Source: a virus | Lineage: Duplodnaviria > Caudoviricetes | Virus record (IMG/VR): IMGVR_UViG_3300042922_000373 | Coordinates: 1 to 52,492 of that record | DNA length: 52,492 bases | Reading direction: 5' to 3' (one strand) | In this document: positions 35,628-45,645 of the stretch, in pieces | Layout: each line of letters begins with the position of its first letter | Position numbering within the stretch: the stretch's first letter is position 1 | Notes under the pieces: model-generated | Databases searched by the model: none | Told to the model about the DNA's origin: nothing | Seen by the model: the letters and a program-made list of their open reading frames with translations, nothing else | Made by a program: the position numbers and the translations under genes

Positions 35628-36179
35628 CTATCCGGAACTGTTCATTTGGGCTCGACGCTGAGCGTTAAGAGCACGCTGCTGAGCCATGGCGTCCTGACGA
35701 CCGACCTTCTTCTTCGGCGCGTTCTTCTGACTGATGACTTTCAGCTGGGTGAATAGACGGTTCAGATGCCAGTGTTGAAACTCCATCGGAACATTCATCT
35801 GGATCATCCAGTTAAAGAGAACTTCGGCGGTGACTATCTCACGACTGTTGCGCTGCGTCTGTCCTGGGATTTCTCGGAACCAGGTGGCAGTCTGCTTGGA
35901 GTCGATGTAGTCGTTAATCACCTTGAAAAGCTCTGTGTCGATACGCTCGAAGACATCCCGAGGGACGTTTGGTGTCAGACACATTGCTTGGAAGTAACCG
36001 ATGACTTCATCGGTGGACTTCTGGTCTTTCACGAGGAAGGGTTTCCCGAAGGATGCCTCCCATTTTGAAAGGGAGGACAGGGAATGCTCCAACTCGAGCT
36101 CGACAGCAGGCAGATCCGTAAAGGTACTGGTAGCTGGATCGAACGCGTCGACAGCCGGAACTGTGATTGTGATGGGCAT
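35628..36179 (-). CDS. tail assembly chaperone
   Basis: LEHSLSSLSKWE...KPFL...TAE.L..WM...WHLNRL; follows the major tail gene; GAAAGGAGG RBS. Confidence 0.65.
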   Translation of the reverse strand: MPITITVPAVDAFDPATSTFTDLPAVELELEHSLSSLSKWEASFGKPFLVKDQKSTDEVIGYFQAMCLTPNVPRDVFERIDTELFKVINDYIDSKQTATWFREIPGQTQRNSREIVTAEVLFNWMIQMNVPMEFQHWHLNRLFTQLKVISQKNAPKKKVGRQDAMAQQRALNAQRRAQMNSSG

Positions 36180-36205
36180 TCCCTGTCCTCCTTTCAGTGT
36201 GAGAC

Positions 36206-37084
36206 TTACGCCTCGTTGGGGTCGAACACCCACTCGTCGACGACGGGCTGGGCGAACTGGTAGCCGTTGGCCGGACGAGCCCGGACCATGACAGCCTCGG
36301 TGATCGGAGCCGACGGACCAGCGACGACGTCCTCGCCATCGATGGAGTAGACCACACCGACGGTGCCGGGGATCGTGATCACATCGGTGGCGGTGCTGAA
36401 CGTCGGGACACCGGGGGTGACCTCGCTGGACGTGCCGGCGAAGATCGAGTACACCTCGGCGGGGAGCGGGAGGCGCGGGTCCTCCGACTCGGTGCCGTAG
36501 AGGATGTTCTCCAGTTCGGCCAGCTTGGCGCTGTCGACCTTGGTCGAGTCGAACGTCAGCGTCGCGGTCGGCTTCAGACCGGGAACCTCGACCGGGACGG
36601 TCGTGAGCTCCCAGGACATCGTGCCGGCCTCGGGCGAGTCGTTGATCGTCTCGAAGGTCTTCTCCGACGGAGCCGCGTCGGCGCCGTACACGAGGTGGAT
36701 CTTGTAGCCGAAGTCGGTGCCCAGCGTGTCGTTGCCCTTGAGGGTGCGGTACGACAGGCCGAAGGAACGACGCGACTGCTGTCCGACGGTCACACCGGGG
36801 AAGATCTCCTTCTCACCGTTGCACTCTGCGAACGAGTCCGGGTACATGAAGGCTTCGATGGTTCCACCGAACTCCTCCGCCGACTTGATGTTCGCGTAGA
36901 CCGTGTTGTCCGCGTACTGCTTGTTCGCCTCGGCGCCCGAAGGCGTCTCGTTGATGGAGACGAGACCGTTCCACGGCTCGCCCTGGTCGTACTGGCCCTG
37001 GAGGTTCGGGAGGTAGAGCATGCCGTGGTCGACACCAACCTCGAACTCCTTCTCACCTACCTGGTCCCACTTTGCTCGAGTCAT
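36206..37084 (-). CDS. major tail protein
   Basis: WDQVGEKEFEVGVDHG.LY...YADN..Y....SAEEFGGTIEAF...GYKIHLVY...TINDSPEA; C-terminal Ig-like domain. Confidence 0.85.
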   Translation of the reverse strand: MTRAKWDQVGEKEFEVGVDHGMLYLPNLQGQYDQGEPWNGLVSINETPSGAEANKQYADNTVYANIKSAEEFGGTIEAFMYPDSFAECNGEKEIFPGVTVGQQSRRSFGLSYRTLKGNDTLGTDFGYKIHLVYGADAAPSEKTFETINDSPEAGTMSWELTTVPVEVPGLKPTATLTFDSTKVDSAKLAELENILYGTESEDPRLPLPAEVYSIFAGTSSEVTPGVPTFSTATDVITIPGTVGVVYSIDGEDVVAGPSAPITEAVMVRARPANGYQFAQPVVDEWVFDPNEA

Positions 37085-37096
37085 TGTATACTCCTC

Positions 37097-37402
37097 CTAG
37101 AAGTAAATTTCGAAGACTTGATGATTGAGTTGGTCGCCCCCGAAAGCACGATCGAATCTGCATTTCGGAAGCGAGTCGACAGCCTTAAAGATGGGGCTGT
37201 CGGGATCCTCATCCATGACCGTCAACAGATACCCGCTCTCCATGAGATACGGATTGTTGTTGGCATGGCGTTTGAACGTATCGCTCTTCTCGTATACGAT
37301 GCAAGGATACTCCATGATCTCCGTCCCCGGAGCCTGAAAGTAAACCTTCTTAACTCCCGGAATCGCCTTGAGGAGCGCTTGGAGTTGGAGCCTTGTTCCC
37401 AT
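37097..37402 (-). CDS. tail terminator protein
   Basis: VYFQAP....MEYPCIVY...ANN.PY...D.DPDS...D.LNH; GGGAGG RBS. Confidence 0.7.
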   Translation of the reverse strand: MGTRLQLQALLKAIPGVKKVYFQAPGTEIMEYPCIVYEKSDTFKRHANNNPYLMESGYLLTVMDEDPDSPIFKAVDSLPKCRFDRAFGGDQLNHQVFEIYF

Positions 37403-37730
37403 TGTATACACCTCCCAAACGCAAGAGGAGACGGGGTGCATCCGGAACTTCCTCGACAGAGTCGACAGTCCAGTACACCCCGTTCCACTTTACGTACAGA
37501 ATGGCGAAGAAGTTTTCGCTCAAATAGGGATCCGCGATGATGCTGATCGCCCTACTTACCGATAGATCGGGATTGACCTTGGATCCATCGTCCAAGCGGA
37601 GTGTGGAGCGCTGTACATCACCGAAATATTGCTTCTCAGTGATGACTTTCTTCCACACTCCGCTATCGGCAGGCGTCTCTACATCGTGGCCGTATCCGAC
37701 CGGTCCGTAGAACTTCTTGTTACCTGCCAT
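37350..37730 (-). CDS. head-to-tail stopper
   Basis: KFYG.VGY...GVW...ISIIADPY...I.YV.W.G..W.V...PRL.L.LGGVYNG. Confidence 0.65.
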   Translation of the reverse strand: MAGNKKFYGPVGYGHDVETPADSGVWKKVITEKQYFGDVQRSTLRLDDGSKVNPDLSVSRAISIIADPYLSENFFAILYVKWNGVYWTVDSVEEVPDAPRLLLRLGGVYNGNKAPTPSAPQGDSGS

Positions 37731-37744
37731 GAAGACGAATCAGG

Positions 37745-39895
37745 TCAGACCGTGAAGACCCACGCGGTCGTGGTGTTCGACGCGAGGTAGTAGCCGGGCT
37801 CTGCGTGAGCCGTGACCTCGGTCGGGCCATCGATGACGACGTCACCGGTCGCCTCGACACCGTCGACACGGTACTCCACGCCGGTCGAAACCGGGATGGT
37901 GATCGTGTCAGTCGCGCCGTCGAAGGACGGAGCCTGCGCCGTGGCCAGGGTACCCTGGTTGCGGGTGAGCACGAGCGCCGACTTCGGACGCGTGAGCGCA
38001 CCGGAGAGGCGGGTCTCCAGGAGGTACTTGTTCTGGTTGAAGTCCAGATCGAAGTCCTCGAAGAAGTTGAGCTCGCCGCCCTTGTTCGTGCCGAGCGAGT
38101 AGTCGATCAGGTTGACGACGATGCCCAGGACGGTCGGAGCCGCCTCGAGGACCTCGACAGCCACGATCTCCTTGACGCGGAGCTTGTCAGCCAGCTGACG
38201 CTCGGTGTCGTAGAGGAAGCGGCCCATCTTGTCCTTGAGCAGGAGCACGTCGGAGATGATCGCGTCGGTCGTGTACAGGGTCGGGGAGCCCGAGCCACGG
38301 TACTGCGAACGGAGACGGATCCACTCCTCCACGATGGTGTCCGGAGCGACGTTGGCGGGGAGCTCCTTCTTGACCACGTACAGGGCGTGGTCGTTGAGGA
38401 TGGAGCGGATGCCGATGCCGTCGATCTGACCCGCAGGGTCCTTGATCTTGTCGGTGTCACCCGTGGCCGGACGGCCGTCGCCGATGAGGATCGCGCGAGC
38501 GAGTTCCTCGTTGAGCATGAAGCGGATCTCCCACTTGATCCACGCGATGACGTCGAAGTCCGTGATGTCGATGATGTCATCGCGGTCGAGACGCTGCTTC
38601 TTGTAGATCGTGGTGGGGGACGTGGTGCGCTGCAGCAGCTGCAGGACCTCGTCCTTCTTCTCGTTGCCCTTGATGTAACCCTTGGCACGAGCCTCGTCGG
38701 CGGTGAGGTCGGCGACGATCGACTTGACCTTGGCCCACGGCTGACGCTTGACGGCGTCGAGGACCTTGGGGACCCACTCCGCCTGGCGAGCCAGCAGCTG
38801 GGGGCTGGAGTCGAGGTTCCGAGCTTCGGGGAAGAGGAGCTCGATGTTGTCGATGCCGTACGTGCCGGCGTGCTTGAGGATGGCGCCCTCGAGATCCTTC
38901 ATCTCGAATGCGTCTTCCATGATCTTCCGCATCCCGTCGTGCGAGATGAACGGCTTGGTTGCGACGGCGGTGCCGCCCTTGTTGGCTGCGTCTTCGAACG
39001 CGTTGTGATCGGTCACGTTGGAACCTCCAATGTTGTCGTGTGCGATGGATTCGTCGGTGCTGGTCGAGTCCGCATCGGCGGAATCGTCAGTGGTGTCACC
39101 GTCGGAGTTGGTGTCTTCGGCGTCGACAGTGGCGTCGGCGTCGGTGTCGGTCTCGTCGGCGTCCGCATCAGCGGAGTCCGCGTTGGTGTCGTCGGAGTCA
39201 GCGTCGGCATCGGCATCGGTGATGGACGAGTGCTCAACCGAGTCCTCGTCGTCCGTAGCAGCCTTACCCGCTTCCTTGCCCGCGATGAACGACTCGTTCA
39301 CCATGTGGGCGATGATGGCCTGATCCTTCGGGTCCAGACGATTGAAGCGGTCTTCGACCGTCTCGTCGCTGTCCGAATCGGCATCGGCATCCTCGTCCGC
39401 ATCGGTGCCGTCGTGAACGATGAACTCACCCGGGAACCGGATGAAGGCCTCGTCCATTTCGGTGACCGAATCGTCACTGTGACGGATGTAAACCTGCTCG
39501 ATCTCAGCGCCGTTGTTGGCACCACCGATCACGAGGCTGACTTCCTTCATGTCACCGTGGAAGATCTGGTTGCTGGTCCCCCGCTTGTCGAGCTCGTTTG
39601 CCCAGACAGACAGCATGCTGATGTCGCCGTTCTCCAGCTGCATCTTGGCTGCCTTGGCCTTGGTCGTCTGGTTGAAGAAACCATGGACGTAAGGCCCCTG
39701 AGCTCGGTGCTCGATGATGACGTGCCCAAGGACCTGTTCGGCGTCCTTGTGGTTGTGCATCCACACCAGGGGGATCTTCTTCTTGTCCTGATGTTCGAAT
39801 GCGCCGTGCTGGATGGTGTTACCGTCCAGACACACTACGCCATACTTGCTGGCCCAGCCGCTGAAATCAGGAGTTCGCGAATTGTCGTCTCCCAT
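37745..39895 (-). CDS. prohead protease-scaffold-major capsid protein fusion
   Basis: N-terminal DFSGWA...IPLVW.H.H..LG...LSVWA...EVSLV..GAN (HK97-type protease); acidic linker; HK97-fold capsid (LNEELARAILIGDG, DFDLDFNQ.KYLLETR). Confidence 0.9.
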   Translation of the reverse strand: MGDDNSRTPDFSGWASKYGVVCLDGNTIQHGAFEHQDKKKIPLVWMHNHKDAEQVLGHVIIEHRAQGPYVHGFFNQTTKAKAAKMQLENGDISMLSVWANELDKRGTSNQIFHGDMKEVSLVIGGANNGAEIEQVYIRHSDDSVTEMDEAFIRFPGEFIVHDGTDADEDADADSDSDETVEDRFNRLDPKDQAIIAHMVNESFIAGKEAGKAATDDEDSVEHSSITDADADADSDDTNADSADADADETDTDADATVDAEDTNSDGDTTDDSADADSTSTDESIAHDNIGGSNVTDHNAFEDAANKGGTAVATKPFISHDGMRKIMEDAFEMKDLEGAILKHAGTYGIDNIELLFPEARNLDSSPQLLARQAEWVPKVLDAVKRQPWAKVKSIVADLTADEARAKGYIKGNEKKDEVLQLLQRTTSPTTIYKKQRLDRDDIIDITDFDVIAWIKWEIRFMLNEELARAILIGDGRPATGDTDKIKDPAGQIDGIGIRSILNDHALYVVKKELPANVAPDTIVEEWIRLRSQYRGSGSPTLYTTDAIISDVLLLKDKMGRFLYDTERQLADKLRVKEIVAVEVLEAAPTVLGIVVNLIDYSLGTNKGGELNFFEDFDLDFNQNKYLLETRLSGALTRPKSALVLTRNQGTLATAQAPSFDGATDTITIPVSTGVEYRVDGVEATGDVVIDGPTEVTAHAEPGYYLASNTTTAWVFTV

Positions 39896-39912
39896 TTTGA
39901 AGCTCTCCTTCC

Positions 39913-40485
39913 TCATTTAACTTGGGAGCGAATCTTTTCATACTCGCTCTGGCTTTCGGTCTCGAACTTCTCGTCGATCTTCTGTCGAGTCTCAACGGAT
40001 TTGGTTCGAGTGTTCTTCAGGTCGCCACGTAGTTCCTCGGCAACCTTCCGCATCGCCGTTCTCACGGTATCGATAGCGAAGGCTACTTGCTTACGGCGCT
40101 GTGCTTCGAGAAGTGCGCGTCGACGAGGTGTGGCATTGGGCGGAATAGGAATTGCTTCCTGGAGTTCCGCTAGTCGGTTCCGGAGTTTCTCCTCGAGCTT
40201 GGCTTGAGCTTCTGCCGCTTTCGCACGGAGGTTCTCCAGAGTCTTGTCCGTGGTGGACTTCTCAGACTCCAGTTCCTTCTTGCGGGCTTCGCTCATGTTG
40301 CCCCGAGTGACCTGCCAGACCTCCTTCTGCTCGTCAGACATGTCCGACGTCGGTTGCTTCCCCTTGAGCTCACGTGTCCGGAGATAGTACTGGCGACGCT
40401 TTTCAGGGTCGTAGTACTGGGATGCGTAGTGCGCTAGGAATTCACCGAAGTGTTCCAGAAGGTCTTCGTCATTCGGCTGGGGCAT
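39913..40485 (-). CDS. putative head/internal protein with FLAHY tag
   Basis: between portal and capsid; LLEHFGEFLAHYASQYYDP.K..YY.RTRELKG; coiled coil. Confidence 0.7.
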   Translation of the reverse strand: MPQPNDEDLLEHFGEFLAHYASQYYDPEKRRQYYLRTRELKGKQPTSDMSDEQKEVWQVTRGNMSEARKKELESEKSTTDKTLENLRAKAAEAQAKLEEKLRNRLAELQEAIPIPPNATPRRRALLEAQRRKQVAFAIDTVRTAMRKVAEELRGDLKNTRTKSVETRQKIDEKFETESQSEYEKIRSQVK

Positions 40486-41827
40486 CGCTCTCACCCGTCC
40501 CAACTTCGGCCAGGATCTTGTCGAAGCTGGACTCCATGTTGGTGAGGAATTCGTCTACGACACCTTCTGCGGCACTCGCGTCAACGGGCGCAGCAGGAGC
40601 CGACGGATCAGCACCAGGTACCGGAGCAGGAATGTTCGAGTTGAGCAGCTTGTCGGCCTTCGGATCGCTCGACGGAGCCCAGCCAATGATGGCACGCATC
40701 TCATTGCGAGTTGCGATCTCATTGCGCGTGAGCTTGTCTGCGAGTTCAGGGAACGAACTGAGCGGCACGTACTTGAACGGGTCCCGGAAGAACTTGATCG
40801 ACTGTCCCTGAGAACGAGCCGTCTTTGTGAGGAACGACCGAATCATGGCTTCGACGACGGCAACCAGGATAGGCGCGATGGTGCGGTTGTGGTAGTTGAG
40901 CATCTGCTGCTCGTCTGCCGTACCATCGAAGACCGCCTGCGTGAGACCCAGCTGCGCGAAGAGCATGTTGGTCAGATACTCGATCTGCGCCATCATGTTG
41001 TTCTCTGCGGGCCGGTTCAGCTGTGTGATCTTCTCCTCGATACCGATGTAGCCGATACCGTACTTGGAGTCCTTCATCTGATTCTCGAGAGTCCGACGGC
41101 GGTCCTCGGCGTAGTCCTTACGCGTTTGTGACTTGACCGTATACGGCATCTGGATGATCAGATCGAGTTTGCCCGAACTAGACTGCTCGTCGATCGCGTC
41201 GAGAATGTTCAGCTTGTGAACGAGTCTCTGAAGCGTGGAGTTGCGACTGTTCATGATCGGATAGAGTGGGTTCTCCACAATACCGACAGCCTTCTTGTCG
41301 AACCAGAGTTCGTCGCGAAGTTGCTTTTCATGGTTCCAGACATTGACCTTCACGTGTTCCGACTTCCACTCCACGATTCGTCCAACACGCATGGTGCGGA
41401 CATCGAAGCCGGAGAATTCGGGATCGGTGGTTGTGTCAATCGGGCAGATCGCAATCACGCCTTCATCACACAGGGTCAGAGCGATGTCCTGACGGAACTG
41501 AGTCGCAGCTTGGTCGATGTTCGCTTCTACGGTCAGGCAGTCGTTGAGCAGACTCTTCCTCGTCGAGAGGAAATTGTCATTGCCGTCCACCATCACGTGT
41601 CGGATGGGCGTTGCTGCCACATCGATCGCGATTCGGGTGTAGATCGACGCAATCATCGACTTATCGGTTCCGTAGCTCAGCCGAGTTCGGTCGGGACGGG
41701 CACTGCCACTACCAGCACTGATCGACGGACCAGTGGGCTGATAGCTATCTCGTGTCGTCTCGTCCTTGGCGCGGAAAGCGTTCCACGCATGTGCTATTGA
41801 TTCACCTGCGCGGTCCAAAAAACCCAT
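40469..41827 (-). CDS. portal protein
   Basis: HAWNAF...IYTRIAIDVA...EANIDQ...ENPLY.IMN..NSTLQRL...KLDLIIQ...LTRNEI; follows terminase. Confidence 0.9.
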   Translation of the reverse strand: MGFLDRAGESIAHAWNAFRAKDETTRDSYQPTGPSISAGSGSARPDRTRLSYGTDKSMIASIYTRIAIDVAATPIRHVMVDGNDNFLSTRKSLLNDCLTVEANIDQAATQFRQDIALTLCDEGVIAICPIDTTTDPEFSGFDVRTMRVGRIVEWKSEHVKVNVWNHEKQLRDELWFDKKAVGIVENPLYPIMNSRNSTLQRLVHKLNILDAIDEQSSSGKLDLIIQMPYTVKSQTRKDYAEDRRRTLENQMKDSKYGIGYIGIEEKITQLNRPAENNMMAQIEYLTNMLFAQLGLTQAVFDGTADEQQMLNYHNRTIAPILVAVVEAMIRSFLTKTARSQGQSIKFFRDPFKYVPLSSFPELADKLTRNEIATRNEMRAIIGWAPSSDPKADKLLNSNIPAPVPGADPSAPAAPVDASAAEGVVDEFLTNMESSFDKILAEVGTGESDAPAE

Positions 41828-41854
41828 ATGTCACCTCCTTCCTAGTCATGACGC

Positions 41855-43591
41855 CTACTCAAAGGAGTCCTTGTGGGCTTTCCACGCGACATATGCGTCA
41901 AGCATAGCCGCGACATTGTCGATTTTGTCTTCTCGACGCTTCTTGTCGAGTTTGCGGTTACCGTTGTTGTCCTCGAGGATGATACAGTTACCCATCGCGA
42001 ACTGCATGAGCTTCTGATTGAATATGAGCATGCGCTCTTCGCTCAGTTTCTTTAGCTCACCCAGCGGAACGGACTCGGTGCGAGCGCCCTGAGGGACCTT
42101 CTCGACACCCCACTCACCATTCTCCTTCTCCCACCGCTCAACGAACTCTTTAGCACCCCAAGGGTCGTAGCCAAAGGCTTCAACCTCGAACTGCTTCTCG
42201 TCGATATAGTCGGAGATGTCTTCATAGACCTGCATCATGTCTAGGACGGTTCCGCCCATGACTTGCAGTGTGCCTTCGTCGATGAATTCCTGGTACTTCG
42301 CTCGCGGAGCTCCCTTGAGCTTGTGCAACGTCAATTCCGTGATGTAACTCCGAGTCACGACCGCAAAGCCGCCTCGAGGTGTCGGGAATATGAACGTGAA
42401 CGCACAGAAGTCGTCACCTTGCGAGAGGTCGGCACCCATAGCACACCGGGACTGCCAGACGCGAGGCATGTTCTTGTGCGGGATCGTTTCCTCGTAGGTG
42501 AAGAAGAATGTGTATCCTTCAACGGGAAGACCGAAACGCTTTGCCTTGATATCGTTCGCAGTGGCCGGGTTGGCCAACATTCGCTCGACATCTCGGTGAT
42601 ACGTGTCCCAAGGAACCGTCAATCCGAGGTTAGGCTGAGCTTTCGGCCACATCTCGGGTTCGTCGATCTCTTTAGCGTCGTCAAGCTTGTAGTGCCAGAT
42701 CGAAACGTGGGGCGCGTACTGTTCTCCGCGAAGAATTTGCGAGAGCTCCATCTTGATGGTGTCGCCGGCGCCATTTCGCACGGTTCCCTCGGAGCTAATC
42801 GCGACGATCAGGTATTCCTTACCGTCCTTATCGGCTCCCTGCTCGAGCGCACCAACCACATCCTCGCGGATATCACCTGACAACCATTCGTCGACAGTAG
42901 CGACCTTCGGACGAGATCCCTGAATCTTGTCGATTGACATGGGGCGGATTTCGAGCAGGGAGCCCGTCAAGAAGTTCTGAACGCCCTTCTTGGTACTCGC
43001 CAAGTTGGTCCGCTGCGCACGATTAGACGTAGCACGGATGGACCCCTCGGTGAGAAACTCGAACACCGGACCGCGATGTCGGTTGATCGCCGTCTGAATC
43101 GGCAGCATCACTTCTTCGGCCTGCTTCATGGTAGGCGCGGTGGTGATCTGCTGCGTCGTGTCGGTGTTGATGACCAGGAAGAAGGCCTGGATGAATGATG
43201 CGTACATCGACTTGGCCGCACCACGAGCAACAATCAGATATTGCTTAAGCGTGAGTCGACGGCGGACCTTCTTCTGAACCATACGACCGAGCTTCGGATC
43301 GAACTCCGGACGAACGTCGAAGTACCACCACCCGAAGATCTGCTCGGCCCACAGTTTGAATGTCGGCAGCAACTCAACGTCGCCACCATCCGTGAGGGTG
43401 AGCTCTGCCTCGCAGAACGCAATGAAGCCCTCGACGGCTTTGTTGTCGTAGAAGTAGTAAGGGTCGGCGATGAGACCATCAATACGGTTCATCTCCATCT
43501 CAATTTCCCGACTGATCGGAATGCGGCCGTCCCAGACATCTTTCCGGAACTGCTCGTAGTAAATCGGCGTAGCCGTATTGGAGAGTGCCAT
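41855..43591 (-). CDS. terminase large subunit
   Basis: LIVARGAAKS Walker A, TVDEW Walker B, GADLSQGDD, GYDPW, KIDNVAA nuclease motifs. Confidence 0.95.
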   Translation of the reverse strand: MALSNTATPIYYEQFRKDVWDGRIPISREIEMEMNRIDGLIADPYYFYDNKAVEGFIAFCEAELTLTDGGDVELLPTFKLWAEQIFGWWYFDVRPEFDPKLGRMVQKKVRRRLTLKQYLIVARGAAKSMYASFIQAFFLVINTDTTQQITTAPTMKQAEEVMLPIQTAINRHRGPVFEFLTEGSIRATSNRAQRTNLASTKKGVQNFLTGSLLEIRPMSIDKIQGSRPKVATVDEWLSGDIREDVVGALEQGADKDGKEYLIVAISSEGTVRNGAGDTIKMELSQILRGEQYAPHVSIWHYKLDDAKEIDEPEMWPKAQPNLGLTVPWDTYHRDVERMLANPATANDIKAKRFGLPVEGYTFFFTYEETIPHKNMPRVWQSRCAMGADLSQGDDFCAFTFIFPTPRGGFAVVTRSYITELTLHKLKGAPRAKYQEFIDEGTLQVMGGTVLDMMQVYEDISDYIDEKQFEVEAFGYDPWGAKEFVERWEKENGEWGVEKVPQGARTESVPLGELKKLSEERMLIFNQKLMQFAMGNCIILEDNNGNRKLDKKRREDKIDNVAAMLDAYVAWKAHKDSFE

Positions 43592-43795
43592 CGCCGACCC
43601 TTTCATCTACTCAGTTGTAGCCCAGCATTGCCGCAAGGCTATCGTCAACTACCTCAGCGGGCGGTGGTCCCGCCGTAACGCAGTTGGCGCATGGCCGTAC
43701 CGTACAGCTGCACGAACGCATGCTTCCCCCTTTTTGGTTTTCCCCACTGATGAGCCGCAGTGGTTGGACGGCAGATTAGGTCACCAACTTTCAGG

Positions 43796-44440
43796 TTAGG
43801 ACTTCTTCTCCTCAGACTTCTCAGCTGTCGCCTTCTTGGCATTGGCAGCGATGTCTTTGGCATTCGGAACGCCGGCCTTCTGCAGAACTGCTCCGATCGC
43901 GACACCAGTGTACTCGGTGACGTAGGCCTGAGCATTCTTCTTGAGGGCTTCGACGAGAATCTTCTTGGTCTCCGACTTGAACGTGGGCGTCTTCGGGGAA
44001 ACCAAGTTGGTGTACCTCTGCTCGAGCTCGAGACGCTTGATCACCGCGTTGAGTTCGTCGTTGGTCATCTCCTTGGCCGATGGCGGCTTCGGTTTGACGG
44101 GCTTCGGCTCCCGAGCGGGCTTGGGTCCTGCCCCACCCTTCGGTGCCGCGTCACCATCGGACTGACCGGGGTGATTCCCGGCGGTCTTGGCCTTGTCGAC
44201 GGAGACGGAGCCATCGCTGTTGCGGCGACGACCCCATTTCATCCCCATCACACCGTAGTGCGCGAGGAATTTGTCGGCGTCCTCGTAGAACTGGTCGCTC
44301 GGCTCGTCCGGAACGTTGAGTCCCATGTGGGCCAGGAACTCCTCGGCCGTCATGCTGTGCACGATGGTTTCCTGGATGTCCTGGATCGGGCGATCGACAA
44401 CGCCGAACTGGGCGAGGTCTGCGAAACTGATTGCGGTCAT
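43796..44440 (-). CDS. HYG-motif putative internal virion protein
   Basis: GGGAGGAGG RBS; FLAHMG and FLAHYGVMGMKWGRRR; MTNDEL...IKRLELEQRY. Confidence 0.75.
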   Translation of the reverse strand: MTAISFADLAQFGVVDRPIQDIQETIVHSMTAEEFLAHMGLNVPDEPSDQFYEDADKFLAHYGVMGMKWGRRRNSDGSVSVDKAKTAGNHPGQSDGDAAPKGGAGPKPAREPKPVKPKPPSAKEMTNDELNAVIKRLELEQRYTNLVSPKTPTFKSETKKILVEALKKNAQAYVTEYTGVAIGAVLQKAGVPNAKDIAANAKKATAEKSEEKKS

Positions 44441-44510
44441 ACTACCTCCTCCCATTATGAGATTGGTGTTACTTACTGAGTCTGTAGTGGCTAAAGTGGC
44501 AGAAGTGACT

Positions 44511-44891
44511 TTAACCAAGAGTGGGCGTAGAAGCTGCGGGCTGCCTGCTGTGGTCGCTAGCTTCCATCAGTCGCCAGGCGTCTTCCTTCAGCTTCTCTTG
44601 AGCAGCTGTGAGCCCGAACGAGTTGGAAGGAGGATCAAACTCCAGCTTCACGTAGCGTGCCACGTATGACTTAACGAGAAGAATGTTCTCGATCGAGCCG
44701 ATGAAGTCTGACCACTTCGGCTCTTTGTCTTCGATGCTGAACGCTGGCGTCGGCCCTACACCATACTGATGCAGCGTAGAGAAAGCCGAGTTGATCGCCA
44801 TGACGATGTCCTCATCAAAGGACGGGTCTTCCGGTCCGATACCACGGACTTTCTTGATCGAGTCAAGAATGCTCGCGTCGTTTACTGGCAT
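44511..44891 (-). CDS. head-to-tail adaptor-like protein
   Basis: SILDSIKK..G....FDEDI..AINSAFS.L.Q.GVGP...VK.YV...VKL.FDPP. Confidence 0.6.
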   Translation of the reverse strand: MPVNDASILDSIKKVRGIGPEDPSFDEDIVMAINSAFSTLHQYGVGPTPAFSIEDKEPKWSDFIGSIENILLVKSYVARYVKLEFDPPSNSFGLTAAQEKLKEDAWRLMEASDHSRQPAASTPTLG

Positions 44892-44909
44892 TTGATCCTC
44901 CTTCCTGTG

Positions 44910-45320
44910 TTACCACGGTCGTGTGTCGCCGGGCCTGCGTTCCACGAGACTCGGGAGACGGAGACGCGACTTGTCGCCATAGTGAATGGCATTGTGGGTT
45001 TCATGACTGACACTGATCAGCAGATCAGGATCGAGAATCTCGGGGTTGTGGTTCTCGACGTCCTCCATCGTGATCGGATTCATGTGATGAACCGAGATCT
45101 GATCGAAGATGTCGTAGCCTTCCACTCCAAGATCCAAACCACCATCGCGATCGATGACGTCACGTCGAACGTTACGCCACTCTCGGGATGCGTAGAACTG
45201 CTGATTGAGAAAGCGCTCTGACCCAAAGGTGTACCGTCCAACGACACTCTTGAGTGACAAGTACTCGAAGCGTTCGAGGAAGGAATCGAGTCTGCGAAGT
45301 TCAGTATACGTCTTCATCAT
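44910..45320 (-). CDS. HNH endonuclease (packaging-associated)
   Basis: FY.S.EW..VR..VI.RD...VHHMNP...THNAIHYG; next to terminase genes. Confidence 0.8.
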   Translation of the reverse strand: MMKTYTELRRLDSFLERFEYLSLKSVVGRYTFGSERFLNQQFYASREWRNVRRDVIDRDGGLDLGVEGYDIFDQISVHHMNPITMEDVENHNPEILDPDLLISVSHETHNAIHYGDKSRLRLPSLVERRPGDTRPW

Positions 45321-45624
45321 CCTCATCTTCCACCTCTTGTCCGCTATAACGGCGGAACGCACGTAGCACCGTATCAAGCTTTTCGTTAGATTGGGATGCG
45401 GCCTCCAATTGGGCGATCTTTGCGTCCTTTTCTCGCACTTCGGCACGCAAGCGATCACGCTCAAGTCTTGCTCGGCTCAGACCTTCCTTGGCATACAGCG
45501 TAACGATAGGTGCCGGAGCGGAACCTTCTCGTAGCTGACGCTCGGCGTAGTCCATAGCCAAGGCGATCATCTCTTCCTCCCGAGCTTCGGCAGTTCGGGC
45601 TGACGACTTGCGGGGTCTGCCCAA
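45301..45624 (-). CDS. putative terminase small subunit
   Basis: small helical protein upstream of HNH/terminase; AAGGAGG RBS; function inferred from position only. Confidence 0.45.
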   Translation of the reverse strand: MGRPRKSSARTAEAREEEMIALAMDYAERQLREGSAPAPIVTLYAKEGLSRARLERDRLRAEVREKDAKIAQLEAASQSNEKLDTVLRAFRRYSGQEVEDEDDEDVY

Positions 45625-45645
45625 AGATGATCACCTCCTTACGGA

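Noticed and set aside
35628-36179. Programmed frameshift in the tail assembly chaperone
   Set aside because: No convincing slippery site or second overlapping ORF found
39050-39400. GCATCG/GCGTCG-type short tandem repeats
   Set aside because: They encode the Asp/Ala-rich scaffold linker of the capsid fusion and are not a separate DNA element
37805-40207. 800-aa plus-strand ORF (also 8466..10313, 13867..15120, 25688..26920, 28717..29832)
   Set aside because: Antisense shadows of real minus-strand genes; stop-poor because of high-GC codon bias; no recognisable motifs
43600-43660. Hammerhead ribozyme suggested by CTGAG...GAAA upstream of terminase
   Set aside because: Core CUGAnGA is not matched and flanking stems are absent
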